A stretch of 38,888 nucleotides of DNA, taken from Nanobdellati archaeon (GTDB taxonomy: Archaea; Nanobdellota; Nanobdellia; Woesearchaeales; JAADFO01). Position numbers and translations under genes: made by a program. This document shows positions 17,512 to 30,372 of this stretch, in pieces. Location of the stretch: assembly GCA_013152815.1 (NCBI GenBank), contig JAADFO010000002.1:1-38888 (forward strand), written 5' to 3'. Each line of letters opens with the position of its first letter. Position 1 is the first letter of the stretch. The notes beneath the pieces were generated by a model that searched no databases, was not told the DNA's origin, and saw only the letters and a list, made by a program, of their open reading frames with translations.

Positions 17512-18110
17512 TGGCCAAAGCTCCTGCCCTGCTTCTGATTGTCCTGCTTTTGATTGCTCTGCTTCGGTTCCTTGTTCCGGTAGGCGGTCACCCGGTTGCC
17601 GTTGACCATGAAGGTCCTGACCTCCTCAAGGTCACGGGGATGGAAGTGATGGCCATGGACGACAAGGATACCGGAAAGTTCTTTCTTGACCTTCTGCTCC
17701 ACCCCTCGCCAGAGAGGCTTGTCCGGAGAGATATAGACCACATCATAGCCTGAAAGGGGATGGTCCATGAAATCCTGGTTGAGGAACTGCACAGGACCGG
17801 CAACACCCTTTGCAGCAAGTTTCGCCTGGATGTCTCCTGCGACCTCATGGAGCCAGGGGTCATGCTCGATGCCCGTTGCCTTGGTGAAGAGGGACGCGAT
17901 CATCACGGCGATGCCGTCGCCGCTCCCCAGGTCGAGAAAGGCGGACTTCTCGCCGAGCCCGATCCTTCGGAAGATGGAGTAGAGCTCATCGGGGTCGGAA
18001 GGGTTCCAGAAACCCACTCCGGTATCCTTGATGGGAAGACGTCCTTTCTTGAGCAGAGAACGGTGGAAGTCAGAGTAAACCCCTTTGATGGCCTCAAACT
18101 GCGTGTCCAT
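17496..18110 (-). CDS. Class I SAM-dependent methyltransferase
   Basis: FLDLGSGDG, ATGIE, DF motifs. Start placed at MDTQFE (18110), downstream of TTTATAA on the minus strand. Confidence 0.8.
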   Translation of the reverse strand: MDTQFEAIKGVYSDFHRSLLKKGRLPIKDTGVGFWNPSDPDELYSIFRRIGLGEKSAFLDLGSGDGIAVMIASLFTKATGIEHDPWLHEVAGDIQAKLAAKGVAGPVQFLNQDFMDHPLSGYDVVYISPDKPLWRGVEQKVKKELSGILVVHGHHFHPRDLEEVRTFMVNGNRVTAYRNKEPKQSNQKQDNQKQGRSFGHQTKR

Positions 18111-18267
18111 AGGACAATCAGACGGTTGCAGGATTATAAATGCTTTTCGATGGAAAAAGACGACGACAGTGAACATCAGATGAGCAGATGGTCGGATGAG
18201 CAGAGGGAACAGAAGGGACAGGCCAGGTGGACAAACATTTAAAAACATACGGAGACAACCGGACCGC

Positions 18268-19320
<1,053 letters not shown>

Positions 19321-19447
19321 GCAGGGCATCTGGCAGCAATAGAAGCGATAATACGTCCAGGAAGCGATATACGTCCATGGATGCCAGCAGGGACATACAT
19401 CCAAAGGCGGGGAAAGATGCTCGGATGCAAGGAAAGATGTTCGGTTC

Positions 19448-20452
19448 TCAGAGCTCAAATTTCGCAAGATCCCCTGTCTCAATCTCCTGGAGCTCCTGCA
19501 TGTTCAGCATGGCCCTGCCCATATGCCTGATGGCCCCTATGGAAAGCCGGTCATTGACGAGGGCAAGGAGCAGCTGCTTGTCCCGTACCCTGGCCATGAG
19601 GTCCTCTATCTGATCAGCAAGCTTCGCCAGATGCGTCTCGATGGTGTAGCAGGAAGGGTAATCCTCTGCATAATAGGCCTTCATGGTATTCTCGAAGCAA
19701 CGGAACAGCCGGCCATGGAGCTTCCTCATCTTCTGCAGGGTCGCAGGCCTGCCCTTCTGCAGCACCATGGCCCTGGCTATCCGTTTGGCATGGTCACCCA
19801 GATGCTCGAGCCGCATGGTCATGGACCAGTCACGATGAAGACCCTGGATGGAAAGCCCCTTTTCCTGCATGGACGAGGGTTCCTTGAGAAGGTAACGCAG
19901 GACCCTGAACAGGAGGAAGACAAGACGATTGATGTCGCGGTCCCTGTCGAAGAATTCCTCTGCATCCGCTTTGTTGGCGATGTGGACACAGTCACGCAGC
20001 TGGGTGCTGACGATCCGATGGATGTGACGCAGGGTCCTGTCGATGGAGACGGCCTCTTCGTCGAGGATGTCTCTCGCCAGTATCCTGTCCTTGGAGATCT
20101 CGATGACCTCGAGTCCGGTGAGACCATGGAGGATCTTCTTGATGGCCTGGGCATGCTTCAGGTGTCCCTCCGCCTTGACCTCGATGATGTTGGCCACCGA
20201 GAGATAGGCAGAGACGATCTCCATCTGAAGAAAAGACAGGGGGTTCCCTTCCTGCAGGATGGTCTTCTTGAGCAGAGGCCTCCGCTGGGGCTCATCATGG
20301 GGGCTTATCTTCAGGGTGGTCGCGCCCACCTCCAGGCCGAGCACATCCCCCTTCTTCAGCCCGTTGGCTGTTATCCATGTCTTCGGAAGGGAGATGACAA
20401 AGGAGCTCCTTCCGAACCTGATGAGTTTTCTGGTGTCCATGATTCTGCCCAT
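19448..20452 (-). CDS. Archaeal phosphate-uptake regulator (AbrB/MazE N-terminus + PhoU-like repeats)
   Basis: RKLIRFGRSSFVISLPKTW...GLKKGD (AbrB-like), GLEVIE, DRDINRL, RLEHLGDHAKRI motifs. Start may be 20440. Confidence 0.85.
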   Translation of the reverse strand: MGRIMDTRKLIRFGRSSFVISLPKTWITANGLKKGDVLGLEVGATTLKISPHDEPQRRPLLKKTILQEGNPLSFLQMEIVSAYLSVANIIEVKAEGHLKHAQAIKKILHGLTGLEVIEISKDRILARDILDEEAVSIDRTLRHIHRIVSTQLRDCVHIANKADAEEFFDRDRDINRLVFLLFRVLRYLLKEPSSMQEKGLSIQGLHRDWSMTMRLEHLGDHAKRIARAMVLQKGRPATLQKMRKLHGRLFRCFENTMKAYYAEDYPSCYTIETHLAKLADQIEDLMARVRDKQLLLALVNDRLSIGAIRHMGRAMLNMQELQEIETGDLAKFEL

Positions 20453-20590
20453 GATTCTGCCCCGGCTCCGCGCAGAGGAGGATATCGTAGATTTTTAGGT
20501 TTTTCGGTCAAGCATATACCACATATATAGTATATCGTAAAGATATATATGTCTTCCGGATACCCCTCTTTCCTAAGGAAGGTGAAAACG

Positions 20591-20758
20591 ATGAGAAAAG
20601 AAGCATGGAACATGAATCTGCGGGAAGAAGAGGAGTTCTCCGAGGATACAGACAACATCTATGATGCAGACGAGCTCAGCGCCCTGCTCCACGATGATGA
20701 ACTGCAGCCCCGGGAGGAAGCCTTCATGCGCGGCTACCTCGAAACGACAGAGGTCTGA
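20591..20758 (+). CDS. Small acidic hypothetical protein
   Basis: 55 aa, ending NIYDADELSALLHDDELQPREEAFMRGY. AGGTGA RBS just upstream of ATG 20591. Confidence 0.7.
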   Translation: MRKEAWNMNLREEEEFSEDTDNIYDADELSALLHDDELQPREEAFMRGYLETTEV

Positions 20759-20806
20759 AGCAGACGTGAGGCACGGACCAGACCGGAGCAGGACCAAAGA
20801 GGAATC

Positions 20807-20908
20807 ATGGCAAATAGACCGCGAAAACCCCTGACCACAGACAGGCGTGTCGAACTTCTGGACACCGAAGAGCTCCTTCTGCTCAACGGGTCGGCCGAAG
20901 GCCTCTGA
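20807..20908 (+). CDS. Possible 33-aa small protein
   Basis: MANRPRKPLTTDRRVELLDTEELLLLNGSAEGL*, preceded by AGAGG. Below the ORF-track cutoff. Confidence 0.3.
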   Translation: MANRPRKPLTTDRRVELLDTEELLLLNGSAEGL

Positions 20909-21101
20909 AACGAACGAAACCTTTAAAAAACCTCATTCTCTTTTCTTTCAGGACGAGAAAGGCAGGCTTAGCAGGGTAGAGCTTTCTCAGAGAAGCATCA
21001 CTGTCGAGGGATCGGCTGACATACCTTACCGATACACGAGAGAATCGTATCGTCCGTCGGACCGGAACAACAGCAGAACGGGCGTCGAACCGCAGGGATA
21101 A

Positions 21102-22997
<1,896 letters not shown>

Positions 22998-23070
22998 AAT
23001 GATGGGCGGCTGAGCCTGCGCACACAAAAAGCTTATATAAAGGGACACTCATCTTGGTCCTTGAACACGT

Positions 23071-24345
23071 ATGCATGAAATCATCTGGCTTATTGCCTTC
23101 TTGGCCTTCTCGGCCTTCTTTTCCGGTTCAGAGATAGCGCTCATGTCCATCTCAGACCACCGCATCCGGTTCCTCAAGGAGCAGAAGAGACGGGGAGCCG
23201 ACACCCTTGCTGCCCTGCGGGCCAAGAAGAAGGACCTCCTCATCACCATCCTCATCGGCAACAATGTGGTCAATATCGCAGCGGCATCCATGGCGACCGA
23301 GGCGGCGCTGCGGCTCTTCCAGAACAATGCCGTCGCCATAACCACCGGAGTGATGACCCTGCTCATCCTCTTCTTCGGAGAGATCGTCCCGAAATCCTAC
23401 GCGACGGGAAAGGCAGAATCCATCGCGCTTGCCATCGCACCCATCTACAAGGTGCTTGATGTCCTGCTCTCACCCATCGTATGGATCTTCAAGATCCTCA
23501 TGCGGGCATCCAAGGTGAAGGCCCAGAACACCAACATCACTGAGGATGAGCTCAAGATGCTCATCAAGATAGGAGAAGAGGAAGGCGAGATCGCCCCCCT
23601 GGAAAAGGACCTCATACAGAAGGTCTTCCGGTTCAACGACATCGAGGTCAAAGAGGTCATGACACCGCGCACCAAGATGCGGCTCATCGACGCCAAAGAG
23701 TCCATAGCAAAGGCGCTCCTGCTCATGGGCAGACACAAGTTCTCACGGCTGCCTGTGTTCGACACCCGCATCGACAACATCATCGGCATCATCTATCTCA
23801 AGGAGCTCATCTCCATGCAGCCCCGGGACCGGCAGAAGCCCATCGCCGCCATCCGCAGGCAGTACCTGCACAAGCCCTACTTCATCCATGAAGGGCTCAC
23901 CATCGACAAGCTCTTCAAGGACTTCCAACGCAAGAAGATGCAGATAGCCATCATCGTGGACGAGCATGGAGGCGTGGCCGGCATGGTCACGCTGGAGGAT
24001 GTGCTCGAGGAGATCGTCGGTGAGATCTTCGATGAGTCAGACAAGGTGGAATACGAGGTGAAGCGTCAGGACAAAGACACCTACGACATCCTCGGGACAG
24101 CCATCATAGAGGACGTGAACCGATACCTCAAGACATCCATCCCTGAGGATGTGGCCTATGACACCATCTCAGGGTATTTTCAGGAGAAGCTGGGAAGGGT
24201 CACGAAGGTGGGCGACCATATCCGCGAAGGAAGATGGCGTCTCTCCATCATCAGGATGGCCGGCAACAGGATAGAGCTCATCAAGGCAGAAAAGGGGCAG
24301 GGACAGAGGCCGCGCCGGAGCAGACAACCCCTGAAGGACGGATAA
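23071..24345 (+). CDS. CNNM/CorC (hemolysin TlyC-like) DUF21-CBS-CorC transporter
   Basis: SAFFSGSEIAL, ILIGNN, GEIVPK, VMTPR, FSRLPV, VDEHGG, TLEDVLEEIVGEI motifs. Confidence 0.92.
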   Translation: MHEIIWLIAFLAFSAFFSGSEIALMSISDHRIRFLKEQKRRGADTLAALRAKKKDLLITILIGNNVVNIAAASMATEAALRLFQNNAVAITTGVMTLLILFFGEIVPKSYATGKAESIALAIAPIYKVLDVLLSPIVWIFKILMRASKVKAQNTNITEDELKMLIKIGEEEGEIAPLEKDLIQKVFRFNDIEVKEVMTPRTKMRLIDAKESIAKALLLMGRHKFSRLPVFDTRIDNIIGIIYLKELISMQPRDRQKPIAAIRRQYLHKPYFIHEGLTIDKLFKDFQRKKMQIAIIVDEHGGVAGMVTLEDVLEEIVGEIFDESDKVEYEVKRQDKDTYDILGTAIIEDVNRYLKTSIPEDVAYDTISGYFQEKLGRVTKVGDHIREGRWRLSIIRMAGNRIELIKAEKGQGQRPRRSRQPLKDG

Positions 24346-24410
24346 AACCAAAAGGTTTTTATGTATCGCCACAATCTCACTTTTAAAGAAAAGGCTTTGG
24401 GGAACACACA

Positions 24411-24620
24411 ATGAGCCAGCAAGATGTATACATCTTTCTTTCCAAGAACAAAAGAAAATGGTATACTGCAAAGGAGATCATCAGTGCGCTCAACCTTTCT
24501 ACCGGTTCTGTCACCAACAGCCTGAAGCGGCTGCGTGAGACCGACCAGATCAAGTACAGGATCACGAAGGACAAGAAGACCAACAAGAGAAGCATCTACC
24601 AGTATCAGTTCAAGAAGTGA
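24411..24620 (+). CDS. Small winged-helix/HTH DNA-binding protein
   Basis: 69 aa with TAKEIISALNLSTGSVTNSLKRL (HTH) followed by a beta wing. TTTTAAA upstream. Confidence 0.8.
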   Translation: MSQQDVYIFLSKNKRKWYTAKEIISALNLSTGSVTNSLKRLRETDQIKYRITKDKKTNKRSIYQYQFKK

Positions 24621-24677
24621 AAGAGTCCTGTTCCTGGGAGAAAAAGGTGCTTTAGCAGCGACAGGAGTGATATTCTC

Positions 24678-25175
24678 ATGAAACGAAGCGCAAAGAAAAA
24701 AGTCCTTCCCAGCTATGTCTTCAAGAAGATAAGCGGGGTCAAGCACCGCATCACCTGTTATGGGTGCGGGAAGAAATTCACTACGTTGCATTCTGCGAAG
24801 AAATACTGCGACGAATGCCTCAACCGGACCAAGAAAGCAGAACAGCTGGAGATGAGAAGGATCGCGGCCGCCAGGCGACGGGCTGCGAAGAAGGCAGAGG
24901 AAGCGAAACAGAAGACCAGGAAGAAGACCGCTCCCAAGAAGAGGACCGCAGCGAAAGTGAAGCGGACGAAGGGATCCCTCAAGAAAGGCGCAAAGAAGAG
25001 ACCCAGGAGAACGGCAAAGAAGGCCCTGAAGAAGATGAAGAAGCCGACTGCCAAAAGAAAGATGACCAGGCAGGCGATGAAAGGGAAGGCAAGACCGAAA
25101 CCAAAGGCCAGGAAGCCTGCCCGAAAAACTGCCAAAACAGACAGAAGACCCGCAGCACGCAAAAAAGGCCGATAA
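24678..25175 (+). CDS. Zn-ribbon protein with histone H1-like Lys/Arg/Ala-rich tail
   Basis: CYGC...CDEC followed by about 110 aa of K/R/A/P/T low complexity. GGAGTGA RBS. Confidence 0.7.
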   Translation: MKRSAKKKVLPSYVFKKISGVKHRITCYGCGKKFTTLHSAKKYCDECLNRTKKAEQLEMRRIAAARRRAAKKAEEAKQKTRKKTAPKKRTAAKVKRTKGSLKKGAKKRPRRTAKKALKKMKKPTAKRKMTRQAMKGKARPKPKARKPARKTAKTDRRPAARKKGR

Positions 25176-25295
25176 ACGCCGTTTTTCCTAAACATTTATA
25201 AATTCTGAAGTCACTACTACCTCATCATATATAGCATAGAGTATATAGTACCAGCAGCGATTGTACTTGTCGACATTGCCCGGGGGGAATCAGTG

Positions 25296-25586
25296 ATGGC
25301 TCAAGACAACTTCATCTTCATCGCAGCGAAGCCGTTCATGAACTACGTGACCGGCGTCGTCATGCAGTTCACCACCAAGAACGCTGACGAAGTCATCATC
25401 AAGGCCAGGGGGAAATTCATCAGCCGGGCCGTCGACGTCGCCGAAGTGGCGACCAAAAGGTTCCTCGTCGGGCAGGTAGGCGTCAAGGACATAAAGATCG
25501 ATTCTGAGGAGTTCGAGAACAATGAGGGAAAGAAGATCCGGGTCTCCACCATAGACATCACGCTCATCAAGAAAGGACACGCATGA
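25296..25586 (+). CDS. albA: DNA/RNA-binding protein Alba
   Basis: KPFMNYV, VIIKARGKFISRAVDVAEV, VSTIDITL motifs. Start is ATG 25296 or GTG 25293. Confidence 0.95.
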   Translation: MAQDNFIFIAAKPFMNYVTGVVMQFTTKNADEVIIKARGKFISRAVDVAEVATKRFLVGQVGVKDIKIDSEEFENNEGKKIRVSTIDITLIKKGHA

Positions 25587-25788
25587 TCAGTCTTTCTTCC
25601 GGGGTTTCATCCCCTTCTTCTGGACCTCATACTGGATGGCGATGCTGATCCTGCCCAGGATGAAACCTACGGCAAAGATGCTAAAGTATTTAAGGAAGAG
25701 GAGGAGGTCCATGACAGGTCAGAAGCATAAAAATATAAATGTGTTTCGGGTCATGCCGGAAAAAAGCACTTTTCCTTCAATCTCCTAC

Positions 25789-25863
25789 GGGCGCGTGGCG
25801 CAGTCTGGATAGCGCACTTGGCTTCGGACCAAGGGGTCGGGGGTTCGAATCCTCCCGCGCTCA
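25789..25863 (+). tRNA. tRNA-Arg (anticodon TCG), intronless, CCA not encoded
   Basis: Acceptor GGGCGCG/CGCGCTC + A. D arm GCGC/GCGC with GGA (A20 Arg identity element). Anticodon stem CTTGG/CCAAG with loop CT-TCG-GA. T loop TTCGAAT. Confidence 0.93.
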
Positions 25864-25892
25864 TTCTTTCCTGAACAAACACAAGGAGACCC

Positions 25893-26996
25893 ATGACCCC
25901 GCTCTCACCAGAGATGAAGGCACAGCTTGAGGAACAGAAGAAACAATGCCTCTTCTGCCGGATCATCGCAGGAGAGATACCTGCGAAGAAAGCCTATGAA
26001 GACAGCAGGATGGTAGCCATCCTGGACATCAATCCCGCAGTCAGAGGCCACCTGCTCCTCATGCCGAAGGAGCATCATCCTATCCTGCCCTATCTGCCGC
26101 CCGACGAGTTCGCCCACCTTTTCGGAAGGCTCCCGCAAATCGTCAGTGCAGCGAAGTCTTCCCTGGCTGCGAGCGGCGTCACCATCATCATCGCGAACGG
26201 CTATGCTGCGGGACAGCAATCACCCCATCTTCTTTTCCATCTCCTGCCCAGGGAACAGGGCGACCAGGCAGACCTGGCGTTGAACAGCTCTTCTTCGGTC
26301 GGCCCGACCGACCAGGGATCTTTCTTCAGGAGCATAAAGAAGACCCTTTCCCCGAGGCTGGAACGTCTGAGAGACCGCACAGATGCGACGCCGAAAGGAG
26401 AGGTCAAGACAGCAGGATTCCTGGCCGGGAAAAAGATAGGCAAGATGGTGGCCTATGAGGATAGGAAAGCGCTGGTCACGCTCGCGCCCCACCCTCTTGC
26501 CAAGGGACATCTCATCATCTTTTCCCAGGAAGAGCCCGCGCTCATCGAAAGGCTCAGCCCGGAGAGCATGGTCTACCTCATGAACATGGCGAGCCTCGCC
26601 GCGACAACCGTCTTCGAGAGCCTGCAGGCCCAGGGGACCAACATCATCATCAGGTCAGGGAAGAGCGACGACAACCCGGAAGGGATCCTCGACATCCACA
26701 TCATCCCCCGCTGGACCGAAGACAGCCTCGGGCTGCAGCCCAGACCCATGGAACAGCCGCCTGACCAGGACCAGATCCTGGACCAGCTGCGGGAAGAGAT
26801 GATCCTCATCGAACAGGAAAAAGACGTCTGTCAAGAGAAGGACCTCATCGACCTAGACAATCGTGAAGAGGCAGCGAAAGAAGAAGATCCTGGTACACCG
26901 GAAGCATCCCTGGAACAGAAAGCAGGCATCCCGCTCATACCGAAGGATCCTGCCGATGAGATCAAGGAAGCCATCGGAAAGATACAGAAGAGATGA
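25893..26996 (+). CDS. Tandem double HIT-domain protein with degenerate histidine triads
   Basis: CLFCRII, AILDINPAVRGHLLLMPKEH, PHLLFHLLPR in domain 1; PLAKGHLII, ILDIHIIPR in domain 2. Confidence 0.85.
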   Translation: MTPLSPEMKAQLEEQKKQCLFCRIIAGEIPAKKAYEDSRMVAILDINPAVRGHLLLMPKEHHPILPYLPPDEFAHLFGRLPQIVSAAKSSLAASGVTIIIANGYAAGQQSPHLLFHLLPREQGDQADLALNSSSSVGPTDQGSFFRSIKKTLSPRLERLRDRTDATPKGEVKTAGFLAGKKIGKMVAYEDRKALVTLAPHPLAKGHLIIFSQEEPALIERLSPESMVYLMNMASLAATTVFESLQAQGTNIIIRSGKSDDNPEGILDIHIIPRWTEDSLGLQPRPMEQPPDQDQILDQLREEMILIEQEKDVCQEKDLIDLDNREEAAKEEDPGTPEASLEQKAGIPLIPKDPADEIKEAIGKIQKR

Positions 26997-27071
26997 GAAG
27001 ATACGGAAATACAGAAGATCGGATAAGAAGATACAGAAGAGACAAGAACAGAAGAGACGAGCAGAGCAGGA

Positions 27072-27653
27072 TCAGAGTTCTTTGAAGCTGAGGATCGCGT
27101 CCCTTTTCTTCCGGGAAGGTATCAGCTCGGCCAGGCTCCCGCCGGAGATGGTCTTCCCTCCTGATTGCAGATACAGATGGTACTGGCGTACGGATTCAGG
27201 GTTGCCGATGTCAAGGAGATGGTTCAGCAGGAACCAGAGCGAAAGCTTCTCCCCGTAATCCTTGCAGCCCGTGGAGATCCTGCACTGCAAGGGCTTTGCA
27301 GGATGGACCCTGCAATGACCGTCTGTCTGGAGGAAGATGCAGGGCCCATAGGGCAACCCGTTCTTCCTCCTGAGCTTCGGCCTGAAGAACACACGGTCGA
27401 ACTGCTCCACCTCTTCGAGAAACTCTTCCTTCAGCCGTTCTTCAGGAACCTTCAGGTGAACGGCGAGACGATGCAGATCATCCCCTATGAGGATGCCGGA
27501 TCCCATGCTGCAGCCATGGGTGCATGCAGGACAATCACAGGCAGGTGCAAGCCTCAGGATGCGTTCCAGAGGCGTGTCCTTCCTGATCGTCGGCCTCGCC
27601 TGTCTTGACCGATGAGCCGGGTCTTTCTTCCCCCCTGACGCTTTCTTCTCCAT
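27072..27653 (-). CDS. YkgJ-like cysteine-cluster (putative Fe-S/Zn) protein
   Basis: CDCPACTHGC...PCIFL...CRVHPAKPLQCR. Start placed at MEKKAS (27653). Confidence 0.8.
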   Translation of the reverse strand: MEKKASGGKKDPAHRSRQARPTIRKDTPLERILRLAPACDCPACTHGCSMGSGILIGDDLHRLAVHLKVPEERLKEEFLEEVEQFDRVFFRPKLRRKNGLPYGPCIFLQTDGHCRVHPAKPLQCRISTGCKDYGEKLSLWFLLNHLLDIGNPESVRQYHLYLQSGGKTISGGSLAELIPSRKKRDAILSFKEL

Positions 27654-27736
27654 GGACAGGATGAAGACAGGAGGGTTTAAATGAGTATCCACCGCGCACA
27701 GAAAAGCCTTAAATAAGCCAGGAACTCTGCCGGCCC

Positions 27737-29128
27737 ATGAACACATCACCGTCACCAGCCCAAGAGAAGATATCGCCGCTCTTCACCGACCTCTATGAGC
27801 TCAACATGGCAGCAGCCTATTTCTCAGAAGGGATGGACGATGAGGTGACGTTCGAACTGTCCATACGGGGATTGCCCAAGGACAGGGGATTCCTGGTCGT
27901 GGCAGGTCTCGAACAGACCGTGGCATTCCTCCGGCAGATGCGGTTCCCGGCAGAGGACCTGGACTACCTCAGAAGAACCCGGAAATATGACGGGCGGTTC
28001 CTGGAATATCTTGGAAGGCTCAGGTTCACCGGAGATCTCTGGGCCATGCCCGAAGGAGAGCTTGCCTTCGCCAACGAACCTCTCATCCAGATAACCGCTC
28101 CCCGGATACAGGCACAGATCATCGAGACCATGCTTCTCAACAACACGACCCTCCAGACCATGCTCGCGACCAAGGCAACGAGAGTGGTCCTCGCTGCCCA
28201 GGGCAGGCAGGTCATCGACTTCTCGGCGCGACGGGATCATGGGATAGACGCGGCCATGAAAGCGGCGAGAGCATCGTTCATCGGAGGCTGCAAAGGGACC
28301 TCCAACGTCCTCGCGGCGAAACGCTTCGGCATCCCTGCCTACGGCACCATGGCCCATTCCTTCATCCTCAGCTTCCCCGATGAGCTCCAGGCCTTCAGGA
28401 GCTATGCGTCGTCCTATCCCGACGGGTCGGTCCTGCTCATCGATACCTATGACATCTCCCGGGGGACAGCCCATGCCATCATCGTCGGCAAAGAGCTCGG
28501 GGAGAAGGGGCATCAGCTCAGAGGGGTCCGCATCGACAGCGGAGATTTCGTCGAGGAAAGCCAGAAGGTCAGACGCCGCCTGGATGAGGCAGGGCTCACC
28601 GGGGTGAAGATCCTCTGCTCAGGCAACCTGGACGAATACGCGATAGCGAAGATAGAGGAGGCAAAGGCGCCGGTCGACATCTACGGCGTCGGCACGGCCA
28701 TGGGAACGAGCAATGATGCACCGTCACTCAACTCCATCTATAAGCTCGTCGAACAGCGACAGGATGGCAAGTCGCAGGGAGTCTGGAAGCAGAGCGAGAA
28801 CAAAGGCAGCCTGCCCCTGAGGAAACAGGTCTTCAGAAGCTATGAGAAAGGGATGATGAAAGAAGACACCCTCGGACTTCACAGCGAGAAGCCCGACAAC
28901 AGAGCAGAGCCGCTGCTCAGACAGTATCTCAAGAGAGGACAGCTCACTGCAGAACTCCCGTCACTCGGGCAGATCCAGGCCTTTGCAGCGCAGCGGATAA
29001 AGAGACTGCCGAAGGGATATCTTGGTCTCACCGCTCCCCTCACCTACCCGGTGAAGATGAGCCAGGGACTGCAGGAACAGGCGGCTTTGCTCAGGACAGA
29101 CAAGAACCTGACAAGAGACCGCCGATAG
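27737..29128 (+). CDS. pncB: Nicotinate phosphoribosyltransferase
   Basis: LFTDLYELNM, DFSARR, GTSNV, GTMAHSF, LIDTYD, GVRIDSGD, YGVGT, YKLV motifs. Confidence 0.95.
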   Translation: MNTSPSPAQEKISPLFTDLYELNMAAAYFSEGMDDEVTFELSIRGLPKDRGFLVVAGLEQTVAFLRQMRFPAEDLDYLRRTRKYDGRFLEYLGRLRFTGDLWAMPEGELAFANEPLIQITAPRIQAQIIETMLLNNTTLQTMLATKATRVVLAAQGRQVIDFSARRDHGIDAAMKAARASFIGGCKGTSNVLAAKRFGIPAYGTMAHSFILSFPDELQAFRSYASSYPDGSVLLIDTYDISRGTAHAIIVGKELGEKGHQLRGVRIDSGDFVEESQKVRRRLDEAGLTGVKILCSGNLDEYAIAKIEEAKAPVDIYGVGTAMGTSNDAPSLNSIYKLVEQRQDGKSQGVWKQSENKGSLPLRKQVFRSYEKGMMKEDTLGLHSEKPDNRAEPLLRQYLKRGQLTAELPSLGQIQAFAAQRIKRLPKGYLGLTAPLTYPVKMSQGLQEQAALLRTDKNLTRDRR

Positions 29129-29261
29129 GGAGAGCCCCTTCATCCATAAGACATAAAAAGCATATACAAACACAGGAAACCCTGAGAAAGGGATGCGAAA
29201 GCGTCAACAGCAACCCACGACGACCACAACAAACAGGGTTCAACAGCATCGAGGTGAACGG

Positions 29262-30242
29262 ATGAAGAAGCTATTTGTGACCAAGCCCCTCCCCGGGAAG
29301 GTCATGGAACGGTTGAAGGATTCTTTTGACATCACGGTCAACGAGGAGAACAGGCATCTCTCCAGGGAGGAGATCATCGAAGGGGTGAAGGGCAAGGACG
29401 GGCTCGTGAGCCTGCTGACCGACCCCATCGACAGCACCATCATGGATGCAGAACCAAACCTGAAGATCATCGCCAACTATGCGGTCGGATTCAACAACAT
29501 CGACCTGAAGGCGGCCACCGACCGGAACATCCTGGTGACCAACACCCCGGGCGTGCTGGACGAGACCACCGCTGACCTTGCTTTCACCCTGCTCTGCGCT
29601 GCAGCCCGCAGGATCCATGAAGGGGAGAAGTTCCTCAGGTCAGGAAGCTGGGACGGATGGGGGCCATTGCAGTTTCTGGGCCAGGACATCCACAAGAGGA
29701 CCCTCGGCATCGTCGGCCTGGGCCGCATCGGGAAAGAGGTCGCGCGACGCGGGAACAAAGGGTTTTGCATGCCCATCCTCTATGCAGACCCCCGGAAGAA
29801 CGAGGAGTTCGAACGCATGACCGGAGCGAAGCACGTGGACATCAGGGAACTGTTCATGAAAGCTGACTTCGTCTCCCTGCACTGCCCGCTCAACGACAAG
29901 ACCCATCACCTGGTGAACCGGGAACTCATCGACCTGATGAAACCCACCGCCATCCTCATCAACACGGCAAGAGGACCGGTGGTGGACGAGAAGGCGCTGG
30001 TGCAGGCGCTCAGGGAGAAGAAGATCTTCGCTGCTGCCCTGGACGTGTTCGAACATGAACCCAAGATATCGGAGGAGCTTCTGGCATTGGACAATGCCAT
30101 CATGGTACCGCACATCGGTTCGGCATCCATCGACACCCGGACAAGGATGGGTGACCTGGTCATCCAGAACCTGGAATATGCGTTCAGAGGGGAACGGCCG
30201 CCTTTTCTCGTGAACAAGGAGGCATGGAAAAGCCAGGAGTAG
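29262..30242 (+). CDS. D-glycerate dehydrogenase / glyoxylate reductase (D-2-hydroxyacid dehydrogenase)
   Basis: NYAVGFNNID, NTPGVL, GLGRIG, INTARGPVVDE, LDVFEHEP, PHIGSA motifs. GAGGTGA RBS before ATG 29262. Confidence 0.93.
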   Translation: MKKLFVTKPLPGKVMERLKDSFDITVNEENRHLSREEIIEGVKGKDGLVSLLTDPIDSTIMDAEPNLKIIANYAVGFNNIDLKAATDRNILVTNTPGVLDETTADLAFTLLCAAARRIHEGEKFLRSGSWDGWGPLQFLGQDIHKRTLGIVGLGRIGKEVARRGNKGFCMPILYADPRKNEEFERMTGAKHVDIRELFMKADFVSLHCPLNDKTHHLVNRELIDLMKPTAILINTARGPVVDEKALVQALREKKIFAAALDVFEHEPKISEELLALDNAIMVPHIGSASIDTRTRMGDLVIQNLEYAFRGERPPFLVNKEAWKSQE

Positions 30243-30372
30243 AGGAACACCCGCAACCATGAACCGGAATTCCGCCAGAACACATCCATATCATCGATAT
30301 CATTGTCAACAAAACAATATCATCAACAAAACAAAAAACAAATAGCATGAACAAGACAGGAAGGTGAGACAC

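Noticed and set aside
25789..25863. tRNA-Pro reading (CGG) and tRNA as an integration site
   Set aside because: The 7-nt loop CTTCGGA centres on TCG (Arg) and A20 is present. No duplicated tRNA 3' end or integrase was seen.
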